DNA from: Spironucleus salmonicida
Lineage: Eukaryota
Assembly: GCF_000497125.1 (NCBI RefSeq)
Contig: NC_090600.1
Coordinates: forward strand, 806,001 to 870,000
DNA length: 64,000 nucleotides
Direction: 5' to 3'
The notes under the pieces were generated by a model. That model saw nothing but the letters and a program-made list of their open reading frames with translations, ran no database searches and had not been told where the DNA came from. The position numbers and the translations under genes are program-made. This document shows, piece after piece, positions 13,296-26,569 of this stretch. Numbering within the stretch: the stretch's first letter is position 1; the number at the start of each line of letters is the position of its first letter.

Positions 13296-13985
13296 TCACT
13301 ATCTGACATAGACGCCGCAGTCGGGGACGATGACGCTGGGAGGGCAGTTGGTGTCGGGGATGACACAGTCATCGCAGTTCTCGAGGCCGCACTTGAAGAT
13401 GAAGTTGGGTCTGGTGGCGAGGCCGGACTCGCAGCTGAGGTCGGCGTTGCAGTCGACGTGCATCTCGACGAGGAACTTGAGGGCGACGAAGCCGGTGGGG
13501 ATGGTGCCGCTAAGCTGGTTGCAGGTGAAGTGGACCTCCTTGAGGAAGAGCAGGTTGCCCATGCAAGTAGGGATGGCGCCGGTGATGTCGTTGTTGTTCA
13601 TGTAGACGAACTGCACGTGGGCGAGCTGGCAGATGCACTGTGGGATAGCACCAGTGATGCCGGCATTGTTGGCCTGGAGGTACTGGAGCCCGGTGAGCTT
13701 GCAGACCGAGGCGGGGATGGTGGTGGTCATCTTCTGGTCGTTGAGGTACAGGGACTTGAGCACGGGGAAGGAATCAAAAACATCGGCGAGCTGGCCCGTG
13801 AGCCCGAAGCCGCTGAGGTCGAGCCCCACGACGAAGTCCTGGCTGTTGCAGGTCACGCCGGCCCAGGTGCACACGGAGGCGCTGGTGGTCCAGCCGACGG
13901 AGCCTTTCCAGCTCGCACCGCCGTTGGCCGCGTAGATGGCGTCAAGCGCTTGGCGCTGTGTGAGGACTGCCAGGATGGAAATCAT
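13296..13985 (-). CDS. CWP1: cyst wall protein (Giardia CWP1-like, LRR plus Cys-rich tail), 229 aa
   Basis: TQRQAL..GASW..CTWAGVTC..LDLSGFGLTG..LQYLQ..IPTC..FLKEVH..CNQLSG; ends TAG(Q) TGA. Confidence 0.9.
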
Positions 13986-14551
13986 TGAGGGAAGGGAAAC
14001 GTGGTAGGGGCGCGTAGGGCCGCGTGGTGTAGGGTGGAGGAAGGGAGGGAAGGCATATGTCCTGGAAGGGTGCCTGGGCGCAGTCCCGGTCCTGCTGGGC
14101 TGGCGCCGCTAGCACATCGAGATGCAGCGGCATAACCTGTCTAGGCCCAGTCCGTGGTCTGCCTTTTATACTGATGGCCCGCCCACATCAAGCATACTGC
14201 GCTCCTGGATAGGTCGGGTTGAGAGCATCGTACCGCCCGCCGCCGAGATATACCTGCAGCGTACGGCATCCCCTCCTGCACGTTGAGGGTATTACGATAT
14301 AATGTAAATACTTGCGTAAATTTTTTATATTGTTTCCGAAAATAGTTACTCATGAATACATTAATAATACATTAATAAAACCCCTCATGGAAAAACTAAA
14401 ATTGCAAAAAATAATATCATTGAATATATATAATATTTTAATATATTTTAAATGAATTATACATATTATAATTGATTTAATAAACAAGATCGTTCGTAGC
14501 ATTTCTCGCCTATTTACTTTATATAATATTATGATATAAAAATCTACCAAA

Positions 14552-17500
14552 ATGATTCTATCGCATGCGCTTATAGTATTGTATACTGCCGTGGACTTCA
14601 CGAAGCTCAACAACGTCTAGAATGAGAACTTTGTCCTGAACAACAATATCACGCTGAACATCTTAAACCAGCCCTTGATCGACCAGTTTGTTGGGTCCCT
14701 CTCAGGTGCCCGAAACACGCTTAAAATCACGGAAATACAACCTGGGGGCTCTCTCTTCCAGTAATTCGGCGGTAGTTTCAGCAGCGTAAGTGTAATTGTC
14801 GAATTCGAAATCGGGTACTCCATCGTGCTCGCGCAGGAGTTGCGTGGTGCTCAGCTGCGTGACGCAGCGTTCCGTATCTAGAGTGACGGCGTGCGCAACG
14901 CCCCTGAAATTACATTTTTCAGCGAAATCACAGACGCGACGCTTGGGCGCTGCGTGTTCACCATCGTGTGCAACGCGGCTCCCAGCACGTCATACAGGAT
15001 TTTTGGGATCGCCTTTTCTATCAATAAACTACATACAGAGGGACTTGAGGTGCATATTATTGCCAAAAATGCGTTCCAAGTTGCCGGACTCTGCCGATAA
15101 CTCGGTGCCACATTCCCAGCGCTAGTAACCCTGGGAGGACAGGAAATTGAGGAGGTATTTGGTATAGCGCTCGCCAGTTCACAGCCCCTGAACGCTCTGA
15201 TAGTTCGTATTGTTATACGTGGGATGCGCCTGGTCTGTGGTATCGCGCGGGATGTGTGTGGGGTCGAAAACTCACAAATTTTGCTCATTTTCACCTTGAA
15301 AGAGGGCACTACGGTCATATACGGTGTAGCACGGTCAATTGAAGGACCGTTACATGAGTTATAATTGCAGATAGGTGGAATTTTCCGCTCCAATATGCCC
15401 GCCGAACTCGCGTTTTTGGGTGGTGATCTAGGCGCAAAAACAACGATTTCTCACGTTGCGATTCTCGCAGAGTTCAGCCTCACGGGTGGAGCCCTTAAGA
15501 TGGCGCTACTGGCATCTGGATCTGCTCTTGGCGCCGAGGTACGCTTTCTGGCGATGAACGCATCTATAGAGGCCGAACATAGCGCTTTGTAGCCGATCTA
15601 CTGTTTCTCTGCTGCGGTATAAGATGTAATTATCGAAATGTTGGCCATGAATTTCTCGCTACAGGGGTCGATATCGGGCGACTTTGGAGGTTTCGGAATC
15701 GCTCCCTCGTTAGTGGGGTGCAAATTTACGAATTTTACGATCAATTTCGCGTTGAGAATAAGCGAAATTTCAGGCACCTTGACCTACTGCGCACTGGGTA
15801 TTTATGTGGAAGAAATCAGAATCAACAACGCATCGTTTTACAACTACGTCTTAATAAGTTCTGCTGCTAACGCGATCGGTAGCACAATCTTCGGACTCGC
15901 CAAACAGCTGGTGCGGTCCGACTTGAATTATGTGATCGTATAAAACTAGATCTAGGTAAGATATGCGTCAATTTAGGCATTTGCTGGCCTCGCAGACCAG
16001 CTCATGGATGTGACGATTAACATTCTTGTGCTCTGTGGCACCGTAAATTTGCAGAACCAAGGACAGATTTGCGGAATCGCCAGAATGGGGAGAAAATCGT
16101 ATTTTGTGAGCCTCATGATCAACTTTCATATCGAGAGTTCCAACAACGCAGAGTGTATCTTGTTTTTCGATATTTGCGACAGTAACTAGTTCATAAATAT
16201 TGTCGAACAGGCGAATAACATGCGCTGTCTGAATGACGTGAAATACATCATAACCGACACAAAAAATAACAAGGTCAACTATTTTGCAATGCAAGGGTCT
16301 GGCAAAGAACGTATTTTGTAGACCATCAGCAGGGCCCAAATGAAAGCTGGAGCAGAGGTTAACGAGCTCTTGAAAACGGACAAGTGGGAAGTTGACTCTA
16401 AAAACGATGGCCTTGTGCGCCTTAAAAATTTCTTCTCCGTGAAATCTACGTAATTTGCAGAGGAGGCGAATCCAGAAATTCAGCCGTTCACTCAGTAGCA
16501 AACGACGGCCTTTTTGTACATAAACATTAAAAATCAAGAGAACCTCTGCTTCGATAACTGCTAGGGTACATTTGACGGTAAATAATTAGTATGTAAACAG
16601 GGATATACTGGCGTCGGTTGTGAAGAGTTTGAGTGCAAGGTAGATTTCTGCTAAGATGGTGCTACATGCAATAGAGTTCACGGCTGCGAGTGTGTATCCG
16701 GAAAAGGTGGGGTCTAGTGTGAGATCGACCTGTGTCCATTCTGCCTAGGTGGATATTCTAATTGCGATACGAAATTTAGCTTTCCAGTCTGCATAAACGA
16801 CTAGACAACAACTTGTCATCATGGTATTGTAGTTAATAACTTTTGCGCATGTTCAGACGGATACACAAGTGTTAGCGGTATTTGTGATAAATTTGCTTGT
16901 AAGGACTCGGATGATTGCAACGGAAATTTATGTAAGGACGAGATCTGCCACTGTGTGAGTAAAATGGGTGGAATAAGCTGCTAGTTTTGCACAACGCCTG
17001 GTTAACGGGATTGTAAAAATATATGCTCAACAGGTAGCTGCTAGTACGGTACTGCGTGTGTTTATTTGACGGGAAATAGTGGGATTTGGGAATGTTCAGC
17101 GTGTATGGTAGGTCATATTCCCCCATTGTGTTAAGACTGTTTTGTTGGCTATATTAAGCATGGTGATGCCTGTCTTTAAAAATGTGAAGAGTGTCATACC
17201 GGGGACTGCTATTTTCTAGAACCATGTGCTCAGCCAGCCGCACAATGTAATACTAAATGCGTATCATGCTTACCAGGCATCAGCGGCGAAAGATGTGACA
17301 AATGCCCAGTTGGCTAGCAATTTTATGAATACTCTTGCTACCCCTTAGAAGACGAGAAGCTAACCAATGGAGTGTGCATTAAGATTGAATCGAAGACTAT
17401 CTGTTTTTCTTGCCTTGCAGATTTTATTTTGATTGACGATTAATGCATTTTCTAGTGTCTTCCAACAAATTGTATTAATGGTGAGTGTTAACCCGACCAA

Positions 17501-20500
17501 TCTTGTCTGTGTAAACGCTACGCCCTGGGAAAACATTGTGATTCTTGTTAGTCAGGTACGGGTAGCTTTATGGGATAATGCCTTTAAATATGTAATGGAT
17601 GTAACGGAGATTGTTACTATGATCGTGGAGAGATAGTATGTTCTTCCTGCAATGATAATTTTTAAGGACCACCATGTTAGGGATGTTGGACAGGGTTTAT
17701 CAATATAGGGACTGAATGCCTAGAAGTCTGTCACAAATGCTAAGGTGATAGATGCTATATTACTATTTCTGGTAACTTTGTATGTTTGGGCCCATGCTAA
17801 GCCGGATATATCTTGGACGGTTGCTTTACTTGTGATACATCTAATGGGTTTGTGGCGGCTCTTGGCGGATGTTTTCAGCAATGCACCACGTGCTCCCAGG
17901 GGACCTGCTTCCAGACTCCATCCGGAATACAGTGTTCGAGCTGCTCTGGATCGTTCACTGGCCAGTAGTGCGATGTTTGCCTGGATGGTTTTGTCTTCGC
18001 TGAAGGCACGTGCCATACATAGGTAACCGACGATGAATGCTACATTGACGGGACTGGGAATATGATCTGCTTGCAATGCCTCGCAGGCAAGGTTCTCGTC
18101 GACCAGCAATGTCTAGTAAAGTGCGTGCTTCCAGACTGCGCGGGGGAGTGCTATCACAAGGTCCCCTCATACTTTTGCCGCAGCTGTTACTTCGGGTTTA
18201 TATTCCATGAGAACAAGTGCTACCCGCCCACTTCAAACCCGAACGGGGACTGTTTCGTTCTTCAAGACAGAACGTTATGTAGTTGCTACAAAGGGTACGC
18301 TGGACCCTCTTGTGACGAGTGCTCGGAGCTGGAGAAAGGGGGCAGCTGCTACTACCGAAACGACGTAGCCACCGGGTCTTGTTTCAGTAACGCCGACGAC
18401 TCTCTGGATAGCTTCTGCCAGCAGTGCTAGTACAACTACGCGATGCCGCTCTGTCTCAGCTGCGCAATGGGATACGCAATGGATTCATCTGGTGAGTGCA
18501 ACGAGTGCCAGCCTGGTTACACCAGCTCCAATTCTCTGCCTCCGAGCGAGAGAGCAATTATTGGAGATAATAGGTGTCTGATTTCGTGCGCAGATTGCGC
18601 TCAGGGGAACTGCTTCTATGCGGGAGAGTCGATCTTATGCGCGTCCTGTTCGCCTGGCTACGCTATTTCCACAAACTGTCTCTAGTGCGAGGATGGCTTT
18701 GCTGAGTTCGGGGGCTACTGCCTTACCTCTGGTACCAGTTCCTGTGGGGAGGACAACTCCGGCGATACGTATTGTACAACGTGCGGGCCATAGTAGTAGT
18801 CATTCAACTGCTCCTTGTGCACAGTAGAGGGCACTTTCGGGTCGGATTGTAAGCAGCACGCAACTCACTTCCCCGGAGAGTGCTACTAAACTAGTAGCAC
18901 CGTAACATGTACAGATGCACCGTGCCTTAGTTTTGACATAGCATCTAATTAGTGTCTTATCTGCAGGTCAGATCTTATAAATATAAAGGGATATTGCGGA
19001 ACGATTACTCTCCCACAAAACGACAAACTGCGAGGTAATTGCATAAATGTAGGTACTTACTAGGTATGTGGTACGTGTTAAAAAGGCTGGTCTGGAAATA
19101 TCTGTTCAGAATGTGATAAAGGTTATATAAGATGTTAATGTAATACTGAATTATTTTAACATTGTTGTTGTCCGCTATTACCATTATTGAATGGAGTATG
19201 TTTTACTACTCAACTAACCTCGATAATCTGTGAATACTGTGGACCTAGGTATGAATTATTATAAAAATAATGCGTTCAATAAAATATCTCTATTACTAAG
19301 TTAGTTACAATAGTTTTAGTTCCCATATTAACAGGATTTTTATTATTAATAATTTTGGTATTGTTGGTTAAATTATTTAAAGTAAAAAGAAGATAAATTT
19401 TTATTTCGGTGAAGCGAATCATCAAGCGTATTGGGCCGCATCTTGTATTTGTTATATTATCCTAGGCATTAGCAATTATTATTGCAATCCAGGATGTTTA
19501 TATTGGCGACTTTTTCATGTAAATTTCAGTAAATATCTTCTCAATGATACCATTCATACTGGCATTCTTCTTTTTAGCTGTTCCAACATATAAGTAATTT
19601 TTCTATAATCTACCGTCGCACTTCTTTCTTTTTGTATTATCAGCACTAATCGAACTTAGTTTCCATTTCACTTAGTATATAGTAGTTTCTGAGGTAGTAT
19701 AAAATTTTGGGGAGTAAATTTATAAACTGGCTGGACCCCTTATAACACTACTAATGTGTATATGTCTTGCTGGATTCCGGTTTAAATCTTAGTAAAAATT
19801 ATCAGTTTTTATAGCAGTTACTGTCCCACTCATATCTTAGATTATGTATGCAATTTTAGATTCTGAATAGTCAGGTTATTTTTCAGAATCATCTATTTGG
19901 AATATTATATCTGGATAAATGATGGTTACTATAGCAATCTTGTTGAATGGTGTGTAATTTTACTTGTTTGACCTCATTTTAGGGAAATATGGTGAAATAG
20001 AGGCTATTGGACGGCTTGCATTAGCTTCATTCATGGTAAATAGCATGATTGGGCTTACAAATCCTGGAGAAATAATCAATTCCATACTTTAGTATGATAT
20101 ATTCTTTTCTAGTCTATGTACGTAAATATTTTTTAACTTTATAAACATAATAATAATGATGCATATTTCAGCAGTAGAATTTGGAATTAACCTAATTTCA
20201 TCAGCTATTTGGGCATAATTTATATCAGCAGTAGGTGAATTTTATATCGCTAGTAACAATAGTTACAATATATCCCTTATATCTCTTATTTTATAGTCTT
20301 TATCATTAGTTATAGTTTTCGTTAGTTTACTATATTTTAATATAAGAAGCTCATATTGGGATCATCGTAACAATGACAAACTTTCTAAAGAGTCTATAGC
20401 AATAACAGGTGTAAATGAATTCATTAAATCCAGAAGATAATATAAACAACTGTTCAAAAAAATGCAATAAAATAAACTTCATGACAATTTGAGCTAAGTT

Positions 20501-20800
20501 ACACATAATTAAGTACTAAAAGATATGTAATCTAAATTAAATTAGATGAATTAACCATACAACTAAACTACACTGAGGTAAAATACTGGAAGTTGCTTTA
20601 TGTAAGATATAGTAAAACAAAAATCATCTAGATAAGTGTATTACCTTAAAAATAATGACACATTAATTACTAAGCTACCGCAGAAACAAAACAATAAAAC
20701 TGTTGGTTAATTGTAATTGGCCTCAGATTAAATTTGTTAAAGCTAAGATTTATCTTTTCATAGTATTCATTAATACATGGACTAAAATAAATTTAAGTGA
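14552..20800 (+). CDS. giant cysteine-rich membrane protein A, 2082 aa: N-terminal beta-rich domain, EGF/CxxC repeats, TM helix, ~10-TM SLC35F/DMT-like domain
   Basis: Track fragments at 14891, 15365, 15638, 16004, 18062 and 18443 share one frame linked by TAA/TAG; ends AAG TGA. Alternative in-frame ATG at 14531. Confidence 0.85.
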
Positions 20801-21427
20801 TTATTACATATAATAATGATATAATTTGTATAAAAATTTATCTTAAGATTAACTATAAAGTGTACTATTATTTCCATATCAGATATAAACTAAGAATAAA
20901 TTAACTGTTAATATAATGATTTATTAGTATTATTATACAGGCCTCTTTATTATTTTACTACAAAATTAAAGCAATACATTATTTTTATTTTGTTATGTTC
21001 TATTACACTTAATATTTAAAAATATATTATTACATTTTTAAAATACTAATTATAAAACATAGAATTTAATTACGAATTTGTTTATCATTTATTTTAATTT
21101 TATGATCTGATTATATCGTAATATCCTCAACGTGCAGGAGGGGATGCCGTACGCTGCAGGTATATCTCGGCGGCGGGCGGTACGATGCTCTCAACCCGAC
21201 CTATCCAGGAGCGCAGTATGCTTGATGTGGGCGGGCCATCAGTATAAAAGGCAGACCACGGACTGGGCCTAGACAGGTTATGCCGCTGCATCTCGATGTG
21301 CTAGCGGCGCCAGCCCAGCAGGACCGGGACTGCGCCCAGGCACCCTTCCAGGACATATGCCTTCCCTCCCTTCCTCCACCCTACACCACGCGGCCCTACG
21401 CGCCCCTACCACGTTTCCCTTCCCTCA

Positions 21428-22117
21428 ATGATTTCCATCCTGGCAGTCCTCACACAGCGCCAAGCGCTTGACGCCATCTACGCGGCCAACGGCGGTGCGA
21501 GCTGGAAAGGCTCCGTCGGCTGGACCACCAGCGCCTCCGTGTGCACCTGGGCCGGCGTGACCTGCAACAGCCAGGACTTCGTCGTGGGGCTCGACCTCAG
21601 CGGCTTCGGGCTCACGGGCCAGCTCGCCGATGTTTTTGATTCCTTCCCCGTGCTCAAGTCCCTGTACCTCAACGACCAGAAGATGACCACCACCATCCCC
21701 GCCTCGGTCTGCAAGCTCACCGGGCTCCAGTACCTCCAGGCCAACAATGCCGGCATCACTGGTGCTATCCCACAGTGCATCTGCCAGCTCGCCCACGTGC
21801 AGTTCGTCTACATGAACAACAACGACATCACCGGCGCCATCCCTACTTGCATGGGCAACCTGCTCTTCCTCAAGGAGGTCCACTTCACCTGCAACCAGCT
21901 TAGCGGCACCATCCCCACCGGCTTCGTCGCCCTCAAGTTCCTCGTCGAGATGCACGTCGACTGCAACGCCGACCTCAGCTGCGAGTCCGGCCTCGCCACC
22001 AGACCCAACTTCATCTTCAAGTGCGGCCTCGAGAACTGCGATGACTGTGTCATCCCCGACACCAACTGCCCTCCCAGCGTCATCGTCCCCGACTGCGGCG
22101 TCTATGTCAGATAGTGA
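21428..22117 (+). CDS. CWP1: cyst wall protein, copy 2
   Basis: Protein identical to 13296-13985. Confidence 0.9.
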
Positions 22118-22536
22118 TCCTTTCATTTTCAGTTTCCGCTCCGGCGTGCCGAGTGTGCAAGAGTGGCCTCCTCCGCCGGGCAGCAGTGAATACCCACCAG
22201 ACAGCGCAATGGCGGAGGGCGGGCGCACCTCTCCTAGCAGCCTCCCGGCCTGGCGCGGGAGACTTCGGCACATTATTGATGCCGACCAAGTACGTTCGAT
22301 AGGCCCAAGGCGCGGCAGCCGGGATAACGCACTCCGCTGGGCTGAGTACGCAGACGCTGCCTCGCGACGTCCCGTTGCAGCTTACGGCCACACGCGAAAC
22401 TGCACGGGACGTCCCTCTCGCCCTGCGCAGGCTGCCGCAGATATATGCGGACTGCGCATGCCTTCCCAGCCGCTGCCAGGATCGCGCACCTGCGCTGCCG
22501 ATCCTCGCCTCCGACGGCCATTCTGCTCCCGCAAAT

Positions 22537-22618
22537 CGACTGAGATGGGAATTGAACCCACGCATACAGAGTATAATAGCTTAGCAGGCTATCGCCTTAA
22601 CCGCTCGGCCACCCAGTC
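22537..22618 (-). tRNA. tRNA-Ser(GCT), copy 2
   Basis: Reverse complement of 12795-12876. Confidence 0.95.
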
Positions 22619-22628
22619 TGTAGAGGCT

Positions 22629-23072
22629 TCACTCACTCGCGTAGGCCCGCACGTACTTCCGCACCTGCCGCTCGTACTGCGCGCGGTTCTCGCGGAACAG
22701 CCGCGCCGCGTCGCCGTTGAGCGGGCTCATCGCGTTCGGGTCGTCCAGCAGGCTCTGGATGCTGATCAGCACGCGGCAGATGCTCAGCACCGGGCTCCAC
22801 TCCGCCTTCAGCACGTCCAGGCAGATGTCGACCGCGCTGCTCACGTTCGGGTGGAACACCCGGCTCGTGAACCGCACCTGCGGGGGCTTGAACGGGTACT
22901 CGAGCGGGAACGCCACGGCGAGGTGGAAGGTGCCGCCCTCGAACGGCGTCTGCGCGGGCCCCTGGAAGGCCACCTTCCAGTGCCGCAGGTCGTCGCCCGG
23001 GCCGCCGGCGAAGGCGGGGAACTGCTGGAACTCGACGAGCTTTTTGCGGAGGCGGGAGAGCTGGGCGGTCAT
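22629..23072 (-). CDS. ubiquitin-conjugating enzyme E2, copy 2 (E11K, G81V)
   Basis: As copy 1, but RKKL and SSAVDICL. Confidence 0.9.
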   Translation of the reverse strand: MTAQLSRLRKKLVEFQQFPAFAGGPGDDLRHWKVAFQGPAQTPFEGGTFHLAVAFPLEYPFKPPQVRFTSRVFHPNVSSAVDICLDVLKAEWSPVLSICRVLISIQSLLDDPNAMSPLNGDAARLFRENRAQYERQVRKYVRAYASE

Positions 23073-24081
23073 TGGTGGGGTTCGTGGGGTTCGTGGAGCG
23101 GACGGGAAGGGGAATCTGCGGCACCCTGCGTGCCGTGGGGGTTGGCGTGGGCGAGATGCGTGCTGGCGAAGGGAGCAGCAGGTAGGCTAGCAGCATTTTA
23201 ATCTTTTTGCAGCAGGCCGTCGCCAGAGGGGACCAATCATTTAACGCTACCCACCATGTTGTGCGTTTGCGCGTTCGGCCTGCGGTAATTGCGGCAGAAA
23301 TGTGCCCATTAACGCGACCTTCCAGCCCTGAGGCTCCGCCCACCAGCCATGGCCTCGCGGATATTTTCCACGCACCCTGGCAGAGCCCCACGTCGTGCAT
23401 ATGCGATCTCTTTTTGTGACTCCGCCGCCCATCCCGTTCTGAGATACCGGCTGTCTACTCGCATCACCCATCATGTCCAGAAACCCTCCCGGTCGTCCCA
23501 TCACACATCATCTCCAGGCCAGTGCGCCGCTGTGCCATCTGCGCGGGCATTGTTGAAGCGGAACTATGTATTATACTGTATATTTGCACTATTACTTTAT
23601 TCGCTTGCGATTACGCTCGGATGGGAGCCCGGGAGTCTCCTGAAAACTGCTGCCGCACCTTATTCTCACCCGTTCGTCTCTTCGGCCAAATTGCTTTAAA
23701 TGGATCCAAAATGGCCCCACAACGCACAGGCTGGCGGAATTCGGCCCAGAGTTCCTCCATTTCGCGAACTCACATTCCCGCGCGAGGCTGCCAGAACACA
23801 AATCGTGCAAAACCAATATCTCACACCTTGCGCTCCCAGTTTCTGCAGTCCGCCCATTGCGTACCTAATGACAGGAAACGCGCATTCCTAGACTGAAAAT
23901 ACAGCAGAACTGTCATTAGGGCCAAAAACTTGTCCGAAACCCACGATCCGGACACGTTGAATATCCTAATTCTTTATCTAATTCCAAACAAAAAATAATT
24001 ATTATTATATTATAATACAATCATTTTATATTTGAAAATTTCATTTCACAAATATATACATTATTATATAAAAACTTAACA

Positions 24082-25017
24082 TCACATGAAACCTCCGTTT
24101 TTCAGTTTCTGCCCGAACGCTTCGAGTTCGTCAATTCCCCTCACCTCGGTCTCGCCCAGGCTCATGAAAACGAGCGCAAAGTCCTCGTACAGCTCCTTCA
24201 TTTGCGTGATGTACTTGGACTGCATTTTGCTTCGGGCCCTGCAGAAACCGCAGTCGTTTTGGCAGTCCAGGACCTGGTTAACGACAACGCTGCCGCAGTC
24301 AATATCTAGTCTCATGAGCTACTGGACGAGGCGCTCCGTCTCGTAAAGCGACAGAAACTCTGGAATGCAAACGCAGACGAATTGCGTCATGTTCGGATCC
24401 TTGAACTGCTGCTCCACCTCATCGCACTGGTCGAAAACGGCGGTTACCTTGTCCATATCACCTGCTTCGCCGCCCATCATTTAGAGCATCGGGCCCATCA
24501 TCTGCTTCATCGAGGTAAAAATCGTCTTCATCTGCTTAGCGGTCTGGGGGATTTCCAGGAAACGTAGCGTGTGGCCTGTTGGCGCAGTGTCGAAAATGAC
24601 GGTTTTATAGGTGTTCTGGGTCGCGATATCCATGACTTCCACGAATGACATGAGCTCATCCATACCTGGCATAGATGATTGCGCGAAAAGGTTCATAATG
24701 GGCTAAAATGCAGCATTTTGCTCGGCAGCATTCTCATTTTTGAATTTTTTGGTGGGGTTTATCTCCATAGCGAATAAATTCGGTACTGAGTTAACAGCTG
24801 TTGGAGTATCAGTAAACTACTGCGAGAATGCGTCGGATAAGTTATGTGCTGGATCTGTAGAAAGAATAAGTGTTTTATCATTGGTAAGAGAATTTTTGTG
24901 TGCGATTTGGATTGCGAGAGAAGAAGATGTTGTAGTCTTGCCAACACCACCTTTTCCACCTACAAATATCCAACGGAGGTTAGAGTCGATAATGTGTTAA
25001 AGATTATTTGACGACAT
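24082..25017 (-). CDS. GET3: GET3/ASNA1 (ArsA-family) ATPase, 311 aa
   Basis: [61 protein letters not shown]. Confidence 0.95.
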
Positions 25018-25157
25018 AAATTTAGAGGAGTGAGTTTAAATTTTTAGATTATTGGGTATCAAGATATAATATTAAATAATAATTGAAGATGTTAGGAAAA
25101 ATCATATATTTTAATTATTAGTAAGTAATAGAGTTAATAAACTATAGCTGAAGGTAA

Positions 25158-26321
25158 AATCGATTATAAAATTTGGATAGATAGTATCAACAAGTTAGAA
25201 TTTCTTGGCGCATACCAATGTCTTGAGATTATCATGAATGCATTTATAAAAGTTGAAAATCAATGAAAATTATCCAATAAAGTATGTAAGGTCATTGCCC
25301 ATACTGCATGTGTTTGTCGTAGTGAGATGGATGCATCTTCGAAAGCAGCCTTATTTCATTGAAAAATGAAAATAGAGAATATAGTCAGACGTCCATCAAG
25401 TAGCATTGCTCCTCAATGCCACAATCGTTGGTCCCTCTTACAATCCTGAAGAATCCATTTTCACCCCAAGTTGCACTCCAAGAGTTTTTGAGGATCCAAA
25501 ACTTAACGTGGTTCTCCTCGCCATATCCGACGAAATTTACTGCGTGACCGCCAACTGGACCACCGAATACATGCTAATAAATTCCACTTTCATAATATGA
25601 AAAATCTTCATATGTGGTTAAAGCTGTTGTCACAGTACCTATCTGAAGAGCTTCAAGAATTGATTGCTCATTCTGGCAGACAAATTTAAAACTTTTAGAA
25701 CGAGTCTTCTCGGGAAGAGAAGATCCATCGTCACACTTAGTATCACATGGCAGTTAATATTATTAATAAGATAAGCAACTTTCTGGGACTGTGCCGGTCT
25801 TTTGAAGGAAATTCTAGACTAAGGGAAGATATCCACCAGTACAGCCCACCTCAAGAGTATCGCAATCAACTAGATATTACTCAGACAGAGGAGTTCTTGC
25901 ATCATCTTTGGAGGCAATACAAAGATTGTCAGCAAGCTAGTGGCTAGCAGAGAAAGCCCAGCATGATGCGCACCGGTTCTAATCACGAACAGTTTCTGGA
26001 CCAACACACTTAGGTCTAAGCTCTGGCCAAGATAATTACTTAGCAATGGGCTTTCCATTACTTGCAAATGGGGCATGCGGTTGAGATCTCTATTTAAGAA
26101 TTGGGGAAAGTCTAGCTTAAAACTCTTATCTAGTTAACTCTGGGTCAAATTTCGGTTTCCAAGTAAGCCTGGGTGTATTAATAAGTTGTTGATACACTTT
26201 TTCAGAGTGCATGAACTACGAGAGCACTGCAAGCATTTCTGGAATGGGCAGTTATACTGGTGTAATGTAAAATTATTTACATTAATTGTTAAATAAATAG
26301 CTCCCCTCCAGTTGAGCAAAT
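25158..26321. repeat. inverted segmental duplication IR2, left arm (1164 bp)
   Basis: Reverse complement of 28079-29242 (paired coordinates sum to 54400). Confidence 0.97.
25385..26236 (-). CDS. cathepsin B-like papain-family cysteine protease, 283 aa
   Basis: [37 protein letters not shown]. Confidence 0.95.
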
Positions 26322-26569
26322 TTAAGAATCAAAAAGTAAAAAATTATAAAGTAGTCTATTTAACATAGATATAATAAATAAATAATCAAGATATAAATAT
26401 ATCTTTAATATACTTCATTTGGAATCATAAATAACAACTATAGTTTTCGTCAATATTGAGATATAAAAAAAGCTATGCTTAAAATAAAAATAAAGGAAAT
26501 AACCATTTATAATGATCATTCTATCAGTATTATGATTAAAATCATGAAAAATATATATATTTGGAAATG

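Larger units (their letters stand above)
11561..14303. repeat. inverted segmental duplication IR1, left arm (2743 bp)
   Basis: Reverse complement of 21110-23852 (paired coordinates sum to 35413); about 6 substitutions seen. Confidence 0.97.
21110..23852. repeat. inverted segmental duplication IR1, right arm
   Basis: Reverse complement of 11561-14303. Confidence 0.97.

Noticed and set aside
12013-13988. Long GC-rich track ORFs (255, 386 and 282 aa) and their IR copies
   Set aside because: They are shadow or antisense frames of E2, the tRNA and CWP caused by high GC3; no recognisable motifs.
11561-23852. IR1 as a composite transposon
   Set aside because: No transposase, no terminal inverted repeats within the arms and no evident target-site duplication; the arms contain host genes.
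23864-23920. Hammerhead ribozyme or SECIS reading of the hairpin
   Set aside because: CTGAAAA does not match CUGAnGA and the stems do not fit; SECIS geometry is absent and no upstream gene has an in-frame TGA.
25158-25165. Short palindromes at repeat ends (AATCGATT here; ATAAATTTAT at the IR3 inner end) as recombinase sites
   Set aside because: Different at each end, absent at others and expected by chance.
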